From Myxococcota bacterium (GTDB taxonomy: Bacteria > Myxococcota_A > UBA796 > UBA2385): 64,000 nt of DNA. Positions 1 to 10,128 of the stretch are shown here, in pieces. Made by a program: the position numbers and the translations under genes. The stretch covers positions 1-64,000 of the forward strand of contig JBIJDH010000027.1 in the NCBI GenBank assembly GCA_044344255.1, given 5' to 3'. The notes below the pieces were generated by a model, which had not been told where the DNA came from, searched no databases, and saw nothing but the letters and a program-made list of their open reading frames with translations. Each line of letters opens with the position of its first letter. Position 1 is the first letter of the stretch.

Positions 1-37
1 CGGAGGCAAGACCCGCCTCCGCTCGAGCGACCGGCGC

Positions 38-460
38 TCAGGACTGCGCGCGGGCCTTGGCGGCGCCTTCCAGCGCGAGCGAGGTGAGGATCCCATATGC
101 CTCCGCCCACTGCGCCTCGATCTCCGGCGTCCAAGCCTGCCCGGAGAGCTCCTTCATGGCGGCGATCAAGGACTCCCCGACCCAGCCGTACATGTGGTCC
201 TCGACGCCATAGGCCACGTGGCCGGCGCCGAGCGCATGCAGCTGAGTCGTGAGCCAGGCGCTGTCATCGAGGTGATCGAGCACGGCGAGCAGCGTCTGCT
301 GCAACATCTGCTGCTGCTTCTCGGGCGCGTTGCGCGAAAACATCGGCACCACGACCGGATACCGGCTGAAGAAGATCTCGTAGAAGCGGTGGGTGAGCGC
401 GACCTCTTGAGAGATGGCGACCTCGAAAGACGAACGGAGCAGATCAGGATTGAGCGCCAT
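38..460 (-). CDS. single-domain globin (flavohemoglobin globin-domain / Vgb-like)
   Basis: RFYE (B10 Tyr), QQQML (E7 Gln) and LGAGHVAYGV (proximal His). Start moved to ATG 460, which has a GGAGGT RBS. Confidence 0.88.
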   Translation of the reverse strand: MALNPDLLRSSFEVAISQEVALTHRFYEIFFSRYPVVVPMFSRNAPEKQQQMLQQTLLAVLDHLDDSAWLTTQLHALGAGHVAYGVEDHMYGWVGESLIAAMKELSGQAWTPEIEAQWAEAYGILTSLALEGAAKARAQS

Positions 461-657
461 GGCTACCTCCACAAAGGCCGTGCACCATAACAGACACGCC
501 AGTCGCCTGAAACGGGGGTCCATCGTGTTTCGGAGCGGCGCGCCTCCAAAGCGCGGGGCGCCCCCAAGCAGGAGGGGCCGAGCGAGACAGACGGGCGCAC
601 CTCAACGTTCTGCCTCGCGGGGGCGGCCAGCGCCGAGGCAGCTCCCTATCGGTGCGC

Positions 658-1647
658 TCAGCTCACCAGCCCGAGCTCCCGCAAGCGCTCGGTGAGGAAG
701 GCGTAGCCGGTGATGTCAGGCAGCGGCTCGGGGAAGCCCGGGCCGCGGCAGCTGTCGAGCACCCGCAGCACGGAGTCTGGCCGGGGGTGCACGAAGAAGG
801 GGAGGCTGTACCGGGCCTCATTGCCGTCGCCCGGGTTGGTGACCCGGTGCGTGGTGGCGGGGATGAAGCCGTTGGTGATGCGGGAGAGCATGTCACCGGC
901 GTCGGCGATGATCTCGCCGGGCTCGGCATTGACGGGCAACCAGTCCCCCTCGCGGGTCAAGATCTCGAGGCCGCTCGCCGTCGAGGTGATGAGGAGCGTG
1001 ATGAAGTTGATGTCCTCGTGGGCGGCCGCCCGCACCGCGCCGGGGATGTTCTCCACCTCGCGGAGCGCCGGGTAGTGCAGGGCCCGCAAGATGGTGTTGC
1101 CGTTGTCGGTGAGATCGGTGAGCAGGGACGGGGACTCACCGAGCCACGTGGCGATGGCCCGCAGCAGCACCCGCGCGCTGGTCTCGAGAGAGCCGTAGAG
1201 GTCAAGCATCGCCGCCTGGAAGGCGGGGACCTCGGCCGGCCACAGGTTGGGCGGGTAGAGGTGCGCCAGCGGGTGCCCGGGCGGGAGCTCGCGGCCGGTG
1301 TGCCAGAATTCCTTGAGATCGGGCGTCGGCGCGTCTTTGGCGTGCTCGGCGCCAAAGGGGGTGTAGCCGCGCTCACCCCCGCCGCCGCGCACGAAGTAGC
1401 GCCGCTTCAGCGACACAGGCTGCGCGAAGAAGGCCTGCGCTGCATCGTAGGCGGGCTGCGTGAGCGCGGACGTGACCCGGTGGCCCGTCACCCGCACGAA
1501 GCCGAGCTCCTTGAAGGCCGCCCCCAAGGCCGCTACGAAGGCCGTGCGGCGCGCCTCATCGCCGTCCGTGTAGTCCCGCAGGTCTACGAGGGGCACTTGT
1601 CGTGATTGAGCCGGCTTCGCCTCGCCGGTCCCGGACCCTGCGGTCAT
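658..1647 (-). CDS. isopenicillin N synthase-family 2-oxoglutarate/Fe(II) dioxygenase
   Basis: VPLVDL...GF N-terminus, HED (HxD), TTHRV and RYS motifs. Start at ATG 1647 is inferred. Confidence 0.9.
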   Translation of the reverse strand: MTAGSGTGEAKPAQSRQVPLVDLRDYTDGDEARRTAFVAALGAAFKELGFVRVTGHRVTSALTQPAYDAAQAFFAQPVSLKRRYFVRGGGGERGYTPFGAEHAKDAPTPDLKEFWHTGRELPPGHPLAHLYPPNLWPAEVPAFQAAMLDLYGSLETSARVLLRAIATWLGESPSLLTDLTDNGNTILRALHYPALREVENIPGAVRAAAHEDINFITLLITSTASGLEILTREGDWLPVNAEPGEIIADAGDMLSRITNGFIPATTHRVTNPGDGNEARYSLPFFVHPRPDSVLRVLDSCRGPGFPEPLPDITGYAFLTERLRELGLVS

Positions 1648-1777
1648 GACTGCTCCCGGGAAGGCCGCGCGCATAACCAGCGCCTCCGGTAAGGGCCAGC
1701 CGACCCCACAGCAGGTCCCGAGGCCCTCGATCGGCGGATAGGCCGACCCCGAACCCGCCCAGACCGGAGGAGCGCCG

Positions 1778-2470
1778 TTGCCCAAGCCCGCCGACCAGCC
1801 CATCCCTCCCCTCGCCTTCCCCCGGCACGCCCGCCTGTGGCCCGCGGTCGCCGCCGCCGCCGCCACGGCGGACATCGCCCACGACGCCGAGCACGTGCTC
1901 CGCGTCTACCGAGCCGCGATGCGCATCGCCGCCGCCGAGGGGGCCGATGTCGATCTCTGCGGCGCCGCGGCGCTGCTGCACGATCTGGTGCCGATCCCCA
2001 AGGACAGCCCCGAACGCGCCGCCGGCGGCGAGCGCTCCGCGGCGGCCGGCGAGGGGCCGCTCCGGGAGGCCGGCTACGCCGATGCGGAGGTCGACCTCGT
2101 CGTCGGTGCCATCGCGCGCTCGAGCTGGTCCCGCGGGCTCGCGCCCGACAGCCTCGTGGGCGCGGTGCTCCAGGACGCGGATCGGCTCGACGCCATCGGG
2201 ATCATCGGCCTCATGCGCAACATGGCGACCGCGCAGGCAATGGCCACGCGCAGCGGCCGCGGTCGTTTCTATGACCCGGTCGACCCCTTCGCCGACGCCG
2301 GCCGCGCCCTCGACGACCGGGAGAACGCCCTCGACCACCTGCCGCGGAAGCTGCTGCGCCTCGCCCAGGGCATGCACACGGCGACCGGCCGGGCGGAGGC
2401 GGCGGAGCGGCACGAGACCCTGCTTCGGCTGATCGAGACCCTGCGCCGAGAGCTCGCCTTCGGAGGCTGA
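1778..2470 (+). CDS. HD-domain metal-dependent phosphohydrolase
   Basis: AHDAEHVLRV, LLHD and QDADRLDAIG motifs; T..GR..A..RH tail. Confidence 0.88.
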   Translation: MPKPADQPIPPLAFPRHARLWPAVAAAAATADIAHDAEHVLRVYRAAMRIAAAEGADVDLCGAAALLHDLVPIPKDSPERAAGGERSAAAGEGPLREAGYADAEVDLVVGAIARSSWSRGLAPDSLVGAVLQDADRLDAIGIIGLMRNMATAQAMATRSGRGRFYDPVDPFADAGRALDDRENALDHLPRKLLRLAQGMHTATGRAEAAERHETLLRLIETLRRELAFGG

Positions 2471-2506
2471 GCCCGCGCCGCCGAGCGCCGAGCGCCACCG
2501 CCGGCC

Positions 2507-3916
2507 TCAGTCAGGGGCGTTCGCGAGCTGCCAGGCGAGCGCCGCCACGGCTGCGGTGCCCTCGGCCAGGGCCACAGGATCGACCTTGTCCACGGTGTCG
2601 GCCCAGGTGTGATGGACGTCAAAGTAGTGGGAGTCGTCGGGCCGCAGCCCGATCACGAGCGCGCCCTTGGCCTCGAAGGGGGAGATGTCGGCCCCGCCGC
2701 CCCCCGCCTCGACCGGCAGGCCGATCGGGGCAGCCACCCTGCGCAGCCACTCGAGCTGGGCCGGGCTGCCGCCCGCAGACCAGGACAGAGGCCACCCCCC
2801 ACCCAGATCGCTCTCCAGGAGCGCCGTGTGCGGCTCGTCGCCGTGAGCCACGGCGTAGGCGCCGCCGCCCCGGAGGCCGTTCTCTTCGTTGGTGAAGAGG
2901 ACCACCCGGATGGTGCGCCTCGGGGTGACGCCGAGGGAGCGCAGCACGCGCAGCGCCTCGACCACCTCGACGACGCCGGCGCCGTCGTCGTGAGCGCCCT
3001 GCCCAACGTCCCAGGAGTCGAGGTGGGCGCCGATGACCACGATCTCCTTGGCCTGCTTGCCGCCGCGGAGCTCGCCCAGCACGTTGTGGCTCTGCACGTC
3101 GGGCGCGGTGGTGGCGCCGAGGGCGAGCCGCACCCGGGGGGCCTGGCCGCGACGCCCCATCCGGTCCATCCAGTCGGCGTCCTCCGAGGTGATGGCGGCG
3201 GCGGGGATCTGCGGCTGGGCTGGATCGTAGCGGAGAGAGCCTGTGTGAGGGGTGTAGAGCGAGCGGGTGGTGACCGAGCGCACCAACACCGCCACCGCGC
3301 CGAAGGCCGCCGCCCGCGAGGCCCCCTGGCCGCGGAAGGCCACGGCGTCGCCGTATTGAGCGATGGCGGGGAGGTCGGTGCGCATCGGTGAATTGAAGAC
3401 GACGATCTTGCCCTTCACCGCAGGGCTCAGCTCCGCGAAGGAGCGGAGGACCACCACCTCGGCCTCCAACCCCGGCGTGCCGACCGTGCCGCCGAGGCCG
3501 AGCAGCGCGAGGTCACGGGGCTCCGGTGCGATGACGCTCAGGGACTCCACGCCTCGCCGCCAGACCGGCACCAGGACGGGCTCGGTGGTGACGTTCTCCT
3601 GTTGATCTTCGCGGAGCCAGCCGGCGGTCATCTCGACGGCCCGATCGAGGGCGGCCGATCCGGCGAGGCGGTGGCCGACGAGGTCACACAGGTCGGCGAG
3701 CCGGCCCCAGGCGCGGAGGTCCGAGCGGGAGATCTGCACGATGCGCTGGAGCTGCTCGCCCTTGGGGGAGAGGGGCGGGTGTTCAGGCTCCGCCACAGGT
3801 GCCGCGCCCGCGACGCCGAACAGGGCCAGTAGGAGGCTGAGCCGAAGCCCACGACCGAGGGCCCGGGCGAGGGCCGGGGCGATGGCACGTTCGCCCGACC
3901 GTCGAGCGGCGCTCAC
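2507..3916 (-). CDS. secreted M28 family aminopeptidase / carboxypeptidase Q-like
   Basis: Signal-like N-terminus; GAHLDSWD, GAHDDGAG, NEENG and YFDVHHT motifs; PA-like insert. Confidence 0.88.
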   Translation of the reverse strand: MSAARRSGERAIAPALARALGRGLRLSLLLALFGVAGAAPVAEPEHPPLSPKGEQLQRIVQISRSDLRAWGRLADLCDLVGHRLAGSAALDRAVEMTAGWLREDQQENVTTEPVLVPVWRRGVESLSVIAPEPRDLALLGLGGTVGTPGLEAEVVVLRSFAELSPAVKGKIVVFNSPMRTDLPAIAQYGDAVAFRGQGASRAAAFGAVAVLVRSVTTRSLYTPHTGSLRYDPAQPQIPAAAITSEDADWMDRMGRRGQAPRVRLALGATTAPDVQSHNVLGELRGGKQAKEIVVIGAHLDSWDVGQGAHDDGAGVVEVVEALRVLRSLGVTPRRTIRVVLFTNEENGLRGGGAYAVAHGDEPHTALLESDLGGGWPLSWSAGGSPAQLEWLRRVAAPIGLPVEAGGGGADISPFEAKGALVIGLRPDDSHYFDVHHTWADTVDKVDPVALAEGTAAVAALAWQLANAPD

Positions 3917-5190
3917 GAACGCCGCTCGAGCACCTGCTTCATCACCCGCGCCATCAGCGCGACGTCGCGGACGCCGGCCTGCTCCCGGATCGAGTGCATC
4001 GACAACATCGGGTTGCCGACGTCGACCGTGCGGATGCCGAGCTCGGCGGCGGCGATCGGACCGATGGTGGTGCCGCAGGCGAGGTCAGAGCGGGTGACGA
4101 AGTGCTGCACCGGCACCTCCACCTCGGCGGCGGCGACGAGGAAGCGGGCCATCGACTCGGCGTCGGTGGCGTAGCGCCCCTCGACGTGCGTCTTGATCGT
4201 GGGCCCGCCGTTGACCCGCGGCTTGTGCTCGGGCTCGTGCTTGTCGGCGTAGTTGGGGTGCACGCCGTGGGCCATGTCGGCGCTGACGAGCAGAGAATTC
4301 GCCGTCGCCCGCTCGAGGCCGCCGCGGGCCTGAAGGGCGTGGTCGCGCACGATCCGCCCCAGCACGTCGCGGAGCAGCGGGCCCATCGCCCCGCGCCAGC
4401 TGCGGCTCCCCACCTCCTCATGATCGAAGAGCACCGTCACCTGGGTGGCGGGGGCGGCCGCGGCCTCAATGAGGGCCCGCAGCGCCGGATAGCAGCTCCC
4501 CTGGTTGTCGAGCCGCGGGGCGAAGATGAGCTCGTCATCGAGGCCGCCGATCGTGGCCGGCTGCAGGTCGTGGAGCCCGAGCTCGGTGGAGAGCACCTCC
4601 TCGACGTTGAGCTCGGCCTTGAGCCAGGTCTCGAAGCGCTGCCCGCCGGCGAGGCCGATGACCGGCGGCAGGTGCCGCTGGGCGTTGAGCTGGAGACCGG
4701 CGCTGTTGACCTCTCGGTTGAGGTGGACCGCGAGGTTCGCGATGCGGGCGATCGGACGATCACAGCGGAAGAGGCGCGGCTCGACCCCCGAGGGGCCGCG
4801 CACCACCACCCGGCCCGAGAGGCCGAGGTCTCGATCGGTCCAGGTGGCCTGGATCAGGCCGCCGTAGGGCTCGACCGCGAGCTGCCGCCAGCCCTCGGCC
4901 CCGCAGTCGGGGCGCGGCTTCAGGCGGAGGTTGGGGGAGTCCGTGTGGGCGCCGAGGATGCGGAAGCCCGCGACACCCGGGGCGTCGGTCCCAGGGCGAA
5001 AGGCGAGGATCGAACCCTCCCGCACCACGAACCGGCCCTCACCGGGGTGGAGGGCCTCGGGCTCTGCCCCCTCGTCAATCGACCGGAAGCCGGCGGCCTC
5101 GAGCTGACGGACCGCCTCGGCCACGCAGTGGAAGGGAGAGGGGCTCGCCTGAATGAAGTCCACCAGGCCCTGGGCGCTCACCACTTCCAT
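3913..5190 (-). CDS. apeB: M18 family aspartyl aminopeptidase
   Basis: SPSPFH, GAHTDSP, RLDN, DHEEVGS, SADMAH, CGTTIGP and SMHSIRE motifs. GTGA overlap with the M28 gene. Confidence 0.92.
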   Translation of the reverse strand: MEVVSAQGLVDFIQASPSPFHCVAEAVRQLEAAGFRSIDEGAEPEALHPGEGRFVVREGSILAFRPGTDAPGVAGFRILGAHTDSPNLRLKPRPDCGAEGWRQLAVEPYGGLIQATWTDRDLGLSGRVVVRGPSGVEPRLFRCDRPIARIANLAVHLNREVNSAGLQLNAQRHLPPVIGLAGGQRFETWLKAELNVEEVLSTELGLHDLQPATIGGLDDELIFAPRLDNQGSCYPALRALIEAAAAPATQVTVLFDHEEVGSRSWRGAMGPLLRDVLGRIVRDHALQARGGLERATANSLLVSADMAHGVHPNYADKHEPEHKPRVNGGPTIKTHVEGRYATDAESMARFLVAAAEVEVPVQHFVTRSDLACGTTIGPIAAAELGIRTVDVGNPMLSMHSIREQAGVRDVALMARVMKQVLERRS

Positions 5191-5300
5191 TGGTCAACCT
5201 CCGCACAGCCCGCTAACCAGCCGTTCCCCGGCCCACACCCGATCCCCCCCTCCCTCGATCTCCCGCCCGACGGCCGCTGAAGCCGCCGCACGAGGTCCCC

Positions 5301-6038
5301 TTGTTGGAACAGCTCGCCCAGCCTGACACCTGGATCTCCCTCCTCTCGTTGACCCTGCTCGAGATCGTGCTCGGCATCGACAACATCGTGTTCATCGCCA
5401 TCCTCTCCGGTCGCCTCCCGAAGGACCAGCAGGGCCTCGCCTACCGTCTCGGCATGGCGGCGGCGCTGATCACCCGCCTGATGCTGCTCGGCACGGTGAG
5501 CTGGGTGATGGGCCTCACGGAGCCCTGGTTCACCCTGCCGATCATCGACCACGCGGTCAGCGGGCGTGATCTCATCCTCCTCGGCGGCGGTATCTTCCTG
5601 ATCGGGAAGAGCTCCCACGAGATCTACGAGAAGGTGGAGGCCCACGAGGAGGCCGACGATGAGGCCCGGGCCACGAAGAAGCGAGGATTGACCGGAACTA
5701 TCGTTCAGATCATGATCCTCGACATCGTGTTCTCGCTCGACTCCGTCATCACCGCGGTCGGCATGGCCAAACACTTTTGGATCATGGCGACGGCGATGAT
5801 CATCGCGGTGTGCGTGATGCTCATCTTCGCCCAGAAGGTCGGTGACTTCGTCAACGAGCACCCCTCGATGAAGGTGCTCGCCCTCTCCTTCCTGTTGCTC
5901 ATCGGCGTCCTGCTCACGGCCGAGGGCCTGGGCGAGCACGTCAACAAGGGCACCATCTACTTCGCGATGGGCTTCTCGCTGATCGTCGAGCTCGTCAACA
6001 TGCGGGTGCGGAAGAAGGACACGAAGACGGCGAACTGA
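5301..6038 (+). CDS. TerC family integral membrane protein
   Basis: LEIVLGIDNIVFI and DIVFSLDSVITAVG motifs; multiple TM helices. Confidence 0.93.
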   Translation: MLEQLAQPDTWISLLSLTLLEIVLGIDNIVFIAILSGRLPKDQQGLAYRLGMAAALITRLMLLGTVSWVMGLTEPWFTLPIIDHAVSGRDLILLGGGIFLIGKSSHEIYEKVEAHEEADDEARATKKRGLTGTIVQIMILDIVFSLDSVITAVGMAKHFWIMATAMIIAVCVMLIFAQKVGDFVNEHPSMKVLALSFLLLIGVLLTAEGLGEHVNKGTIYFAMGFSLIVELVNMRVRKKDTKTAN

Positions 6039-6046
6039 CGGCCGGC

Positions 6047-6925
6047 TCAGAGGAGGTCGCGCAGCCCCTTGGAGAAGGGGCGGGGCGTGAAGCCGACCAC
6101 CGCCGCCAGGGCGGTGGGGTCGGCCACCTCGTCTTCGCCGGCGGCGGCGATGAGATCGGGGTCAAAGTCGGCGCTGAGGCGGGCGAGCTGAGCGAACAGC
6201 GACGCAGGCAGGTGGAGCTTGTGGGGCTTGGTGTGCAGCGCCGCCGCGAGCTGATCGATGATCTCGTCAAAGCGGAGGGCCTCGGCCCCGCCTGCGTCCC
6301 AGGCCTGGCTGGGCAAGGGCCGCTCGAGGAGGGCGAGGATCGCGCGGCTGAGGTCGGCGACGTGGATGGGCTGCCGGCGGTACTGGCCGTCTCCGATGAC
6401 CGGCACGATGGGCGAGCGGCGCACCAGCTCGACGAGGGTGTGGAAGCTCTCCCGGTGCCGAGGGCTGTGGTTGGCGAGGCGCGGGCCGTAGGGGGCGCTG
6501 GGGCGGAGGATCGCGTAGGGCAGCCCACTCTCGCGGAGGCGCTGCTCGTCCTCGCGGCGGACGGCGGCGTAGGGGGTCTGGCCGGTCCAGTGCACGACCG
6601 TGCTCGACGCGTAGATCACGGGGCGCCCGAGCTCCAGCACGGCGTCCATCATCTGCCGGTTCAAGGCGGCGGCGGCCTCACTGCCGCTCTGGTGGGCGGT
6701 CGGCCGGGCCTTGATCTTACACGCGACGTGGATGACCGCGTCCGGCTCGATCGCGGCGAGGCGGCGCTGATCCCGGGCCCGCCGGAGATCGACCTTGACC
6801 GGGGTGACCCCGTTCAGGCGCAGCGGAGTGCTGTGGTGGGCGGCGAAGACCTCGTGAGAGGCCACCGCCATCTGGCAGAAGTGGGCGCCGACGAAGCTGG
6901 AGCCACCGGTGACGAGGAGACGCAT
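6047..6925 (-). CDS. NAD-dependent epimerase/dehydratase (extended/atypical SDR)
   Basis: MRLLVTGGSSFVG, ILRPSAPYGP and QPIHVADL motifs. Start at ATG 6925. Confidence 0.85.
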   Translation of the reverse strand: MRLLVTGGSSFVGAHFCQMAVASHEVFAAHHSTPLRLNGVTPVKVDLRRARDQRRLAAIEPDAVIHVACKIKARPTAHQSGSEAAAALNRQMMDAVLELGRPVIYASSTVVHWTGQTPYAAVRREDEQRLRESGLPYAILRPSAPYGPRLANHSPRHRESFHTLVELVRRSPIVPVIGDGQYRRQPIHVADLSRAILALLERPLPSQAWDAGGAEALRFDEIIDQLAAALHTKPHKLHLPASLFAQLARLSADFDPDLIAAAGEDEVADPTALAAVVGFTPRPFSKGLRDLL

Positions 6926-7030
6926 GCGGGCCGCTCGGGGGAATCGGGGGAGAGGGGCGAAAGGGGCCGGGGGCCTCGCCTGACGCGAGCTCCGCTCCGG
7001 ACTATGGAGGCCATCCAACGGGGATGAACC

Positions 7031-7888
7031 ATGGCGAGCCGGCTCTATCGCGACGATGTCCTCCGGGGAAAGGTGTGCGTGGTGACGGGCGGCGGCACGG
7101 GAATCGGGTTGGCCATCGCTCGTGAGCTCGCCCACCAAGGCGCCGACGTCGTCATCGCCTCTCGGAAGGTGGAGCACATCGGGCCCGCCGCCGAGGGCCT
7201 CAGCCAGGAGTTCGGTCGCCACATCGCCGGCTACACGGTCGACATCCGCGACCGGGCCAGCGTCTCCGACTTCGTCGGCCTCGTGATGGAGTCCGCCGGG
7301 CGCATCGACGTGCTCGTCAACAACGGCGGCGGCCAGTTCCTCGCCCCCGCCGAGACCATCCGCGCCAAGGGCTGGGACGCCGTCATCGAGACCAACCTCA
7401 CCGGCACCTGGAACCTGACCCGCCGGGTGGCCGACGCCCACATGCTCGAGCACGGCGGGCGGGTGATCAACATCACCATGCTGACCGGGCGCGGCTTCCC
7501 GGGCATGGCGCACTCCGTCGCCGCGCGGGCGGGGGTGGAGGCGATGAGCCGCACCCTCGCCGTCGAGTGGTCCCGCGCGGGCATCAACGTCAACTGTGTG
7601 GCCCCGGGGCTCATCGCCAGCAACGGGCTCCGTAACTACCCGGACTGGCAGAACATGACCCGCCAGCTCCAGGCTGAGGTGCCCATCCCCCGCTTCGGGA
7701 GCTGTGAGGAGGTCGCCTGGGCCGTGGCCCTGCTCGCGGGCCCCGGCGGGGCCTACATCACCGGCCAGACCTTGACCGTAGACGGCGGGCGCTCGCTCTG
7801 GGGCAACACCTGGCCCTTGCCGGAGGCCGAGACCTCGCCCATCGTGCTGCCGCGAGAGCCCTGGGAAGACGAAGAGGACGAAGGCTGA
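7031..7888 (+). CDS. SDR oxidoreductase (trans-2-enoyl-CoA reductase / AtuB-like)
   Basis: TGGGTGIG, NNGGGQF, MAHSVAARAG and ITGQTLTVDGG motifs. Confidence 0.88.
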   Translation: MASRLYRDDVLRGKVCVVTGGGTGIGLAIARELAHQGADVVIASRKVEHIGPAAEGLSQEFGRHIAGYTVDIRDRASVSDFVGLVMESAGRIDVLVNNGGGQFLAPAETIRAKGWDAVIETNLTGTWNLTRRVADAHMLEHGGRVINITMLTGRGFPGMAHSVAARAGVEAMSRTLAVEWSRAGINVNCVAPGLIASNGLRNYPDWQNMTRQLQAEVPIPRFGSCEEVAWAVALLAGPGGAYITGQTLTVDGGRSLWGNTWPLPEAETSPIVLPREPWEDEEDEG

Positions 7889-7902
7889 CCGCCCGCCGAG
7901 GG

Positions 7903-8652
7903 TCAGTACCAGGAGCGGGAGAGGCGCCCCGGCGGCTCGGGCACGTCGAGGGGCGTCGCCGTCGGGATGGGGGGCGGCGTGCTCACCTCGACCAGCACCA
8001 TCGTGGCGTCGTCATCGACACCGCCACGAGCGACCTCGTCGAGCACGAGGTCGAGGGCGATCTCGGGGTCCCGAGTGCGGGACCAGATGCGGGCGATGTT
8101 GTCCGGGTGCATCGCCTCGAGCACGCCGTCGGAGCAGAGCACGATCACGTCGCCCGGCAGGAGCTCCCAGCGCTCGGTGACGAGCTGCTCGGAGACCGCG
8201 GGGCCCATCCCCAGGTAGGCCTGGAGCTTGTTGAAGGTGCCCGTGCGGTCGGTGCCCGCCTGCCGCATCCGCCCGTCGCGGAGGCGAAAGATGGGGGAGT
8301 CCCCGAGCGTGAAGGCGTACGCGACCGTGCTCTCCACCCAAGCCAGGGCCAAGGTGCAGGCCGCGCGGCGGTTGTTGCCCCTCAGCTCCCAGTCGATCTC
8401 GCTCACGAGCTGGATGAGCTCCCCGGGCTGCCGGGTGACCTTGGGGTCGCAGAACTGCTCCAGCCGGTCGGTGGCGAGCTGCGCGGCGTAGGCCCCCGCC
8501 CCGCTGGTGCTCACCCCGTCGCAGACCATGAACAGCCCGCCGATGCCGTTCGGGATGGCGCAGATCCGCCAGCGATCTTCATTCTCGCGATGAGAGGGCC
8601 CCTGGCGACTGGCCGCCGCGGCCCGCAGCTCCACCCGGGGTTTGCGGTTCAC
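7903..8652 (-). CDS. PP2C-family Ser/Thr protein phosphatase
   Basis: RENED, VCDGV, LGDS, LCSDG and DDDAT motifs. Confidence 0.88.
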   Translation of the reverse strand: MNRKPRVELRAAAASRQGPSHRENEDRWRICAIPNGIGGLFMVCDGVSTSGAGAYAAQLATDRLEQFCDPKVTRQPGELIQLVSEIDWELRGNNRRAACTLALAWVESTVAYAFTLGDSPIFRLRDGRMRQAGTDRTGTFNKLQAYLGMGPAVSEQLVTERWELLPGDVIVLCSDGVLEAMHPDNIARIWSRTRDPEIALDLVLDEVARGGVDDDATMVLVEVSTPPPIPTATPLDVPEPPGRLSRSWY

Positions 8653-8655
8653 GCC

Positions 8656-10032
8656 CTAGGCCCGGCGGCGACGGAGGAGCAGCGCGCCCGCCGCGACGAG
8701 GCCGACCAGCCCGCCTCGGAGCCCGGCGCGCGCTGGGGTCGCGCAGCCGCAGCCGCCCTTGACCTCGGAGCTGATGATCTCGGTGGTGCCGCCGTCGTCA
8801 TCGGTGGCCGTATCGCCCGCCTCGGCCGGGGGCAGGACGCCCGTGCCGGTCAGGGTGACCTCCACCGAGGGGCGCGCGGGGTCGTTGCTCTCCAGGAGGA
8901 TGGTGGCGGAGACCGCGCCCACGCCGCTCGGCGCGAAGGTGACCACCATGCCGTCCTCGTGGCCCGGACCGGCGAGGAAGTACTCCGGATACGAGGAGAA
9001 CCAGGTCGAGCCGAGGGTGCCGGCGGTGCCCTCGAGGTCGAGCTCGCCGACGTTGCGGATGGGCAGCTCGAGGTTGACCACGTCTCCGACCTCGACCTCA
9101 CCGAAGTCGTAGCTCGTGACGTCGGTCTCGAGGATCGGCAGCGGGAAGGACATCAGCGTGTCGGGGAAGGCCTGCTCAAAGCTCGACGCCGCCAAGGGGA
9201 TGGGGAGGTCGAGCTCAACGAGATCCCAGCAGCCGAAGATCACCACACAGACCGAGAAGGTGGGCGTGAGCACCAGATCGAGGTTGGCCGAGTAGGCGCC
9301 GAGGAAGGTGGCGGCGACGTCGCGGTGGCCCTCTCCGTTCGGCTCGAGCGTGGCGACGTCGGGGCTCATCAACAGGAGGTCGTCCTCCACGGTCCAGGAG
9401 ACCCCCTCAAAGGCCGCCGTCGCCGTGGGCGCGAGCGGCATCGTGAAGGAGGCGGTGACGCCGGTGAAGACGGTGTAGTCGAAGTTCACCGTCTCGGTGC
9501 TGGCGCCCGTGTAGTCGATGTGCGCGACGGAGGGCTCGGCGTCTTGCAGGAGGAAGGGCTCGAAGGCCGTCTCTCCATAGATGGCCAGGTTCCGACGGTC
9601 GATCTCGGAGCTCCACACATAGCCGGCGACGTCGAACTGGATGCTCGTGACCGCGGCCAGGGCAGTGTCGACCGCGAAGAAGCCCGAGCCCGGCGTGGGC
9701 GTGAAGGCGAGGGTGAGGGCGTCGGGCCAGGAGAGGTCACCCTGGCCCTCCATCGTCACGGCGCCGCCGCCCAAGGAGAGCACCTGGAATCGAAGCTGGA
9801 GCGGGCTCCCCGACGGCAGCCAGCCAGTGTCGACCTCGGAGCCCGCATAGAGATCCGCGAGGTCTTCGAGGACGAAGGGGTTGGGCTCGGACTCGTAGGC
9901 CAGCGCGGACGCTGGCGCGCAGACCGCGCAGACCAGCAGGAGCCCGGCCGCAGAGGCGCGCCTCGCTCGCCCGGCATGGGCCCCGAACCTGCTCGACTCG
10001 GAGATGGAAGCGGGGGCGGTGAACGTTGGCAT
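8656..10032 (-). CDS. exported protein with Ig-like (choice-of-anchor-D/ASH-like) domain and MYXO-CTERM sorting tail
   Basis: Signal-like N-terminus; DFGEVEVG...IRNVGELDL...VTFAP...SNDP...VTLTGTG; C-terminal GGCGC, TM segment and RRRR. Confidence 0.8.
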   Translation of the reverse strand: MPTFTAPASISESSRFGAHAGRARRASAAGLLLVCAVCAPASALAYESEPNPFVLEDLADLYAGSEVDTGWLPSGSPLQLRFQVLSLGGGAVTMEGQGDLSWPDALTLAFTPTPGSGFFAVDTALAAVTSIQFDVAGYVWSSEIDRRNLAIYGETAFEPFLLQDAEPSVAHIDYTGASTETVNFDYTVFTGVTASFTMPLAPTATAAFEGVSWTVEDDLLLMSPDVATLEPNGEGHRDVAATFLGAYSANLDLVLTPTFSVCVVIFGCWDLVELDLPIPLAASSFEQAFPDTLMSFPLPILETDVTSYDFGEVEVGDVVNLELPIRNVGELDLEGTAGTLGSTWFSSYPEYFLAGPGHEDGMVVTFAPSGVGAVSATILLESNDPARPSVEVTLTGTGVLPPAEAGDTATDDDGGTTEIISSEVKGGCGCATPARAGLRGGLVGLVAAGALLLRRRRA

Positions 10033-10128
10033 GGTGACCTCCGGGCCGACCCATCGTAACGCACGCGATCGCCCTCCGGTGGGCTCGGCGCGCCGCGGTC
10101 GCCGCCGGCCCCTCTCCGCGCGCCACGC

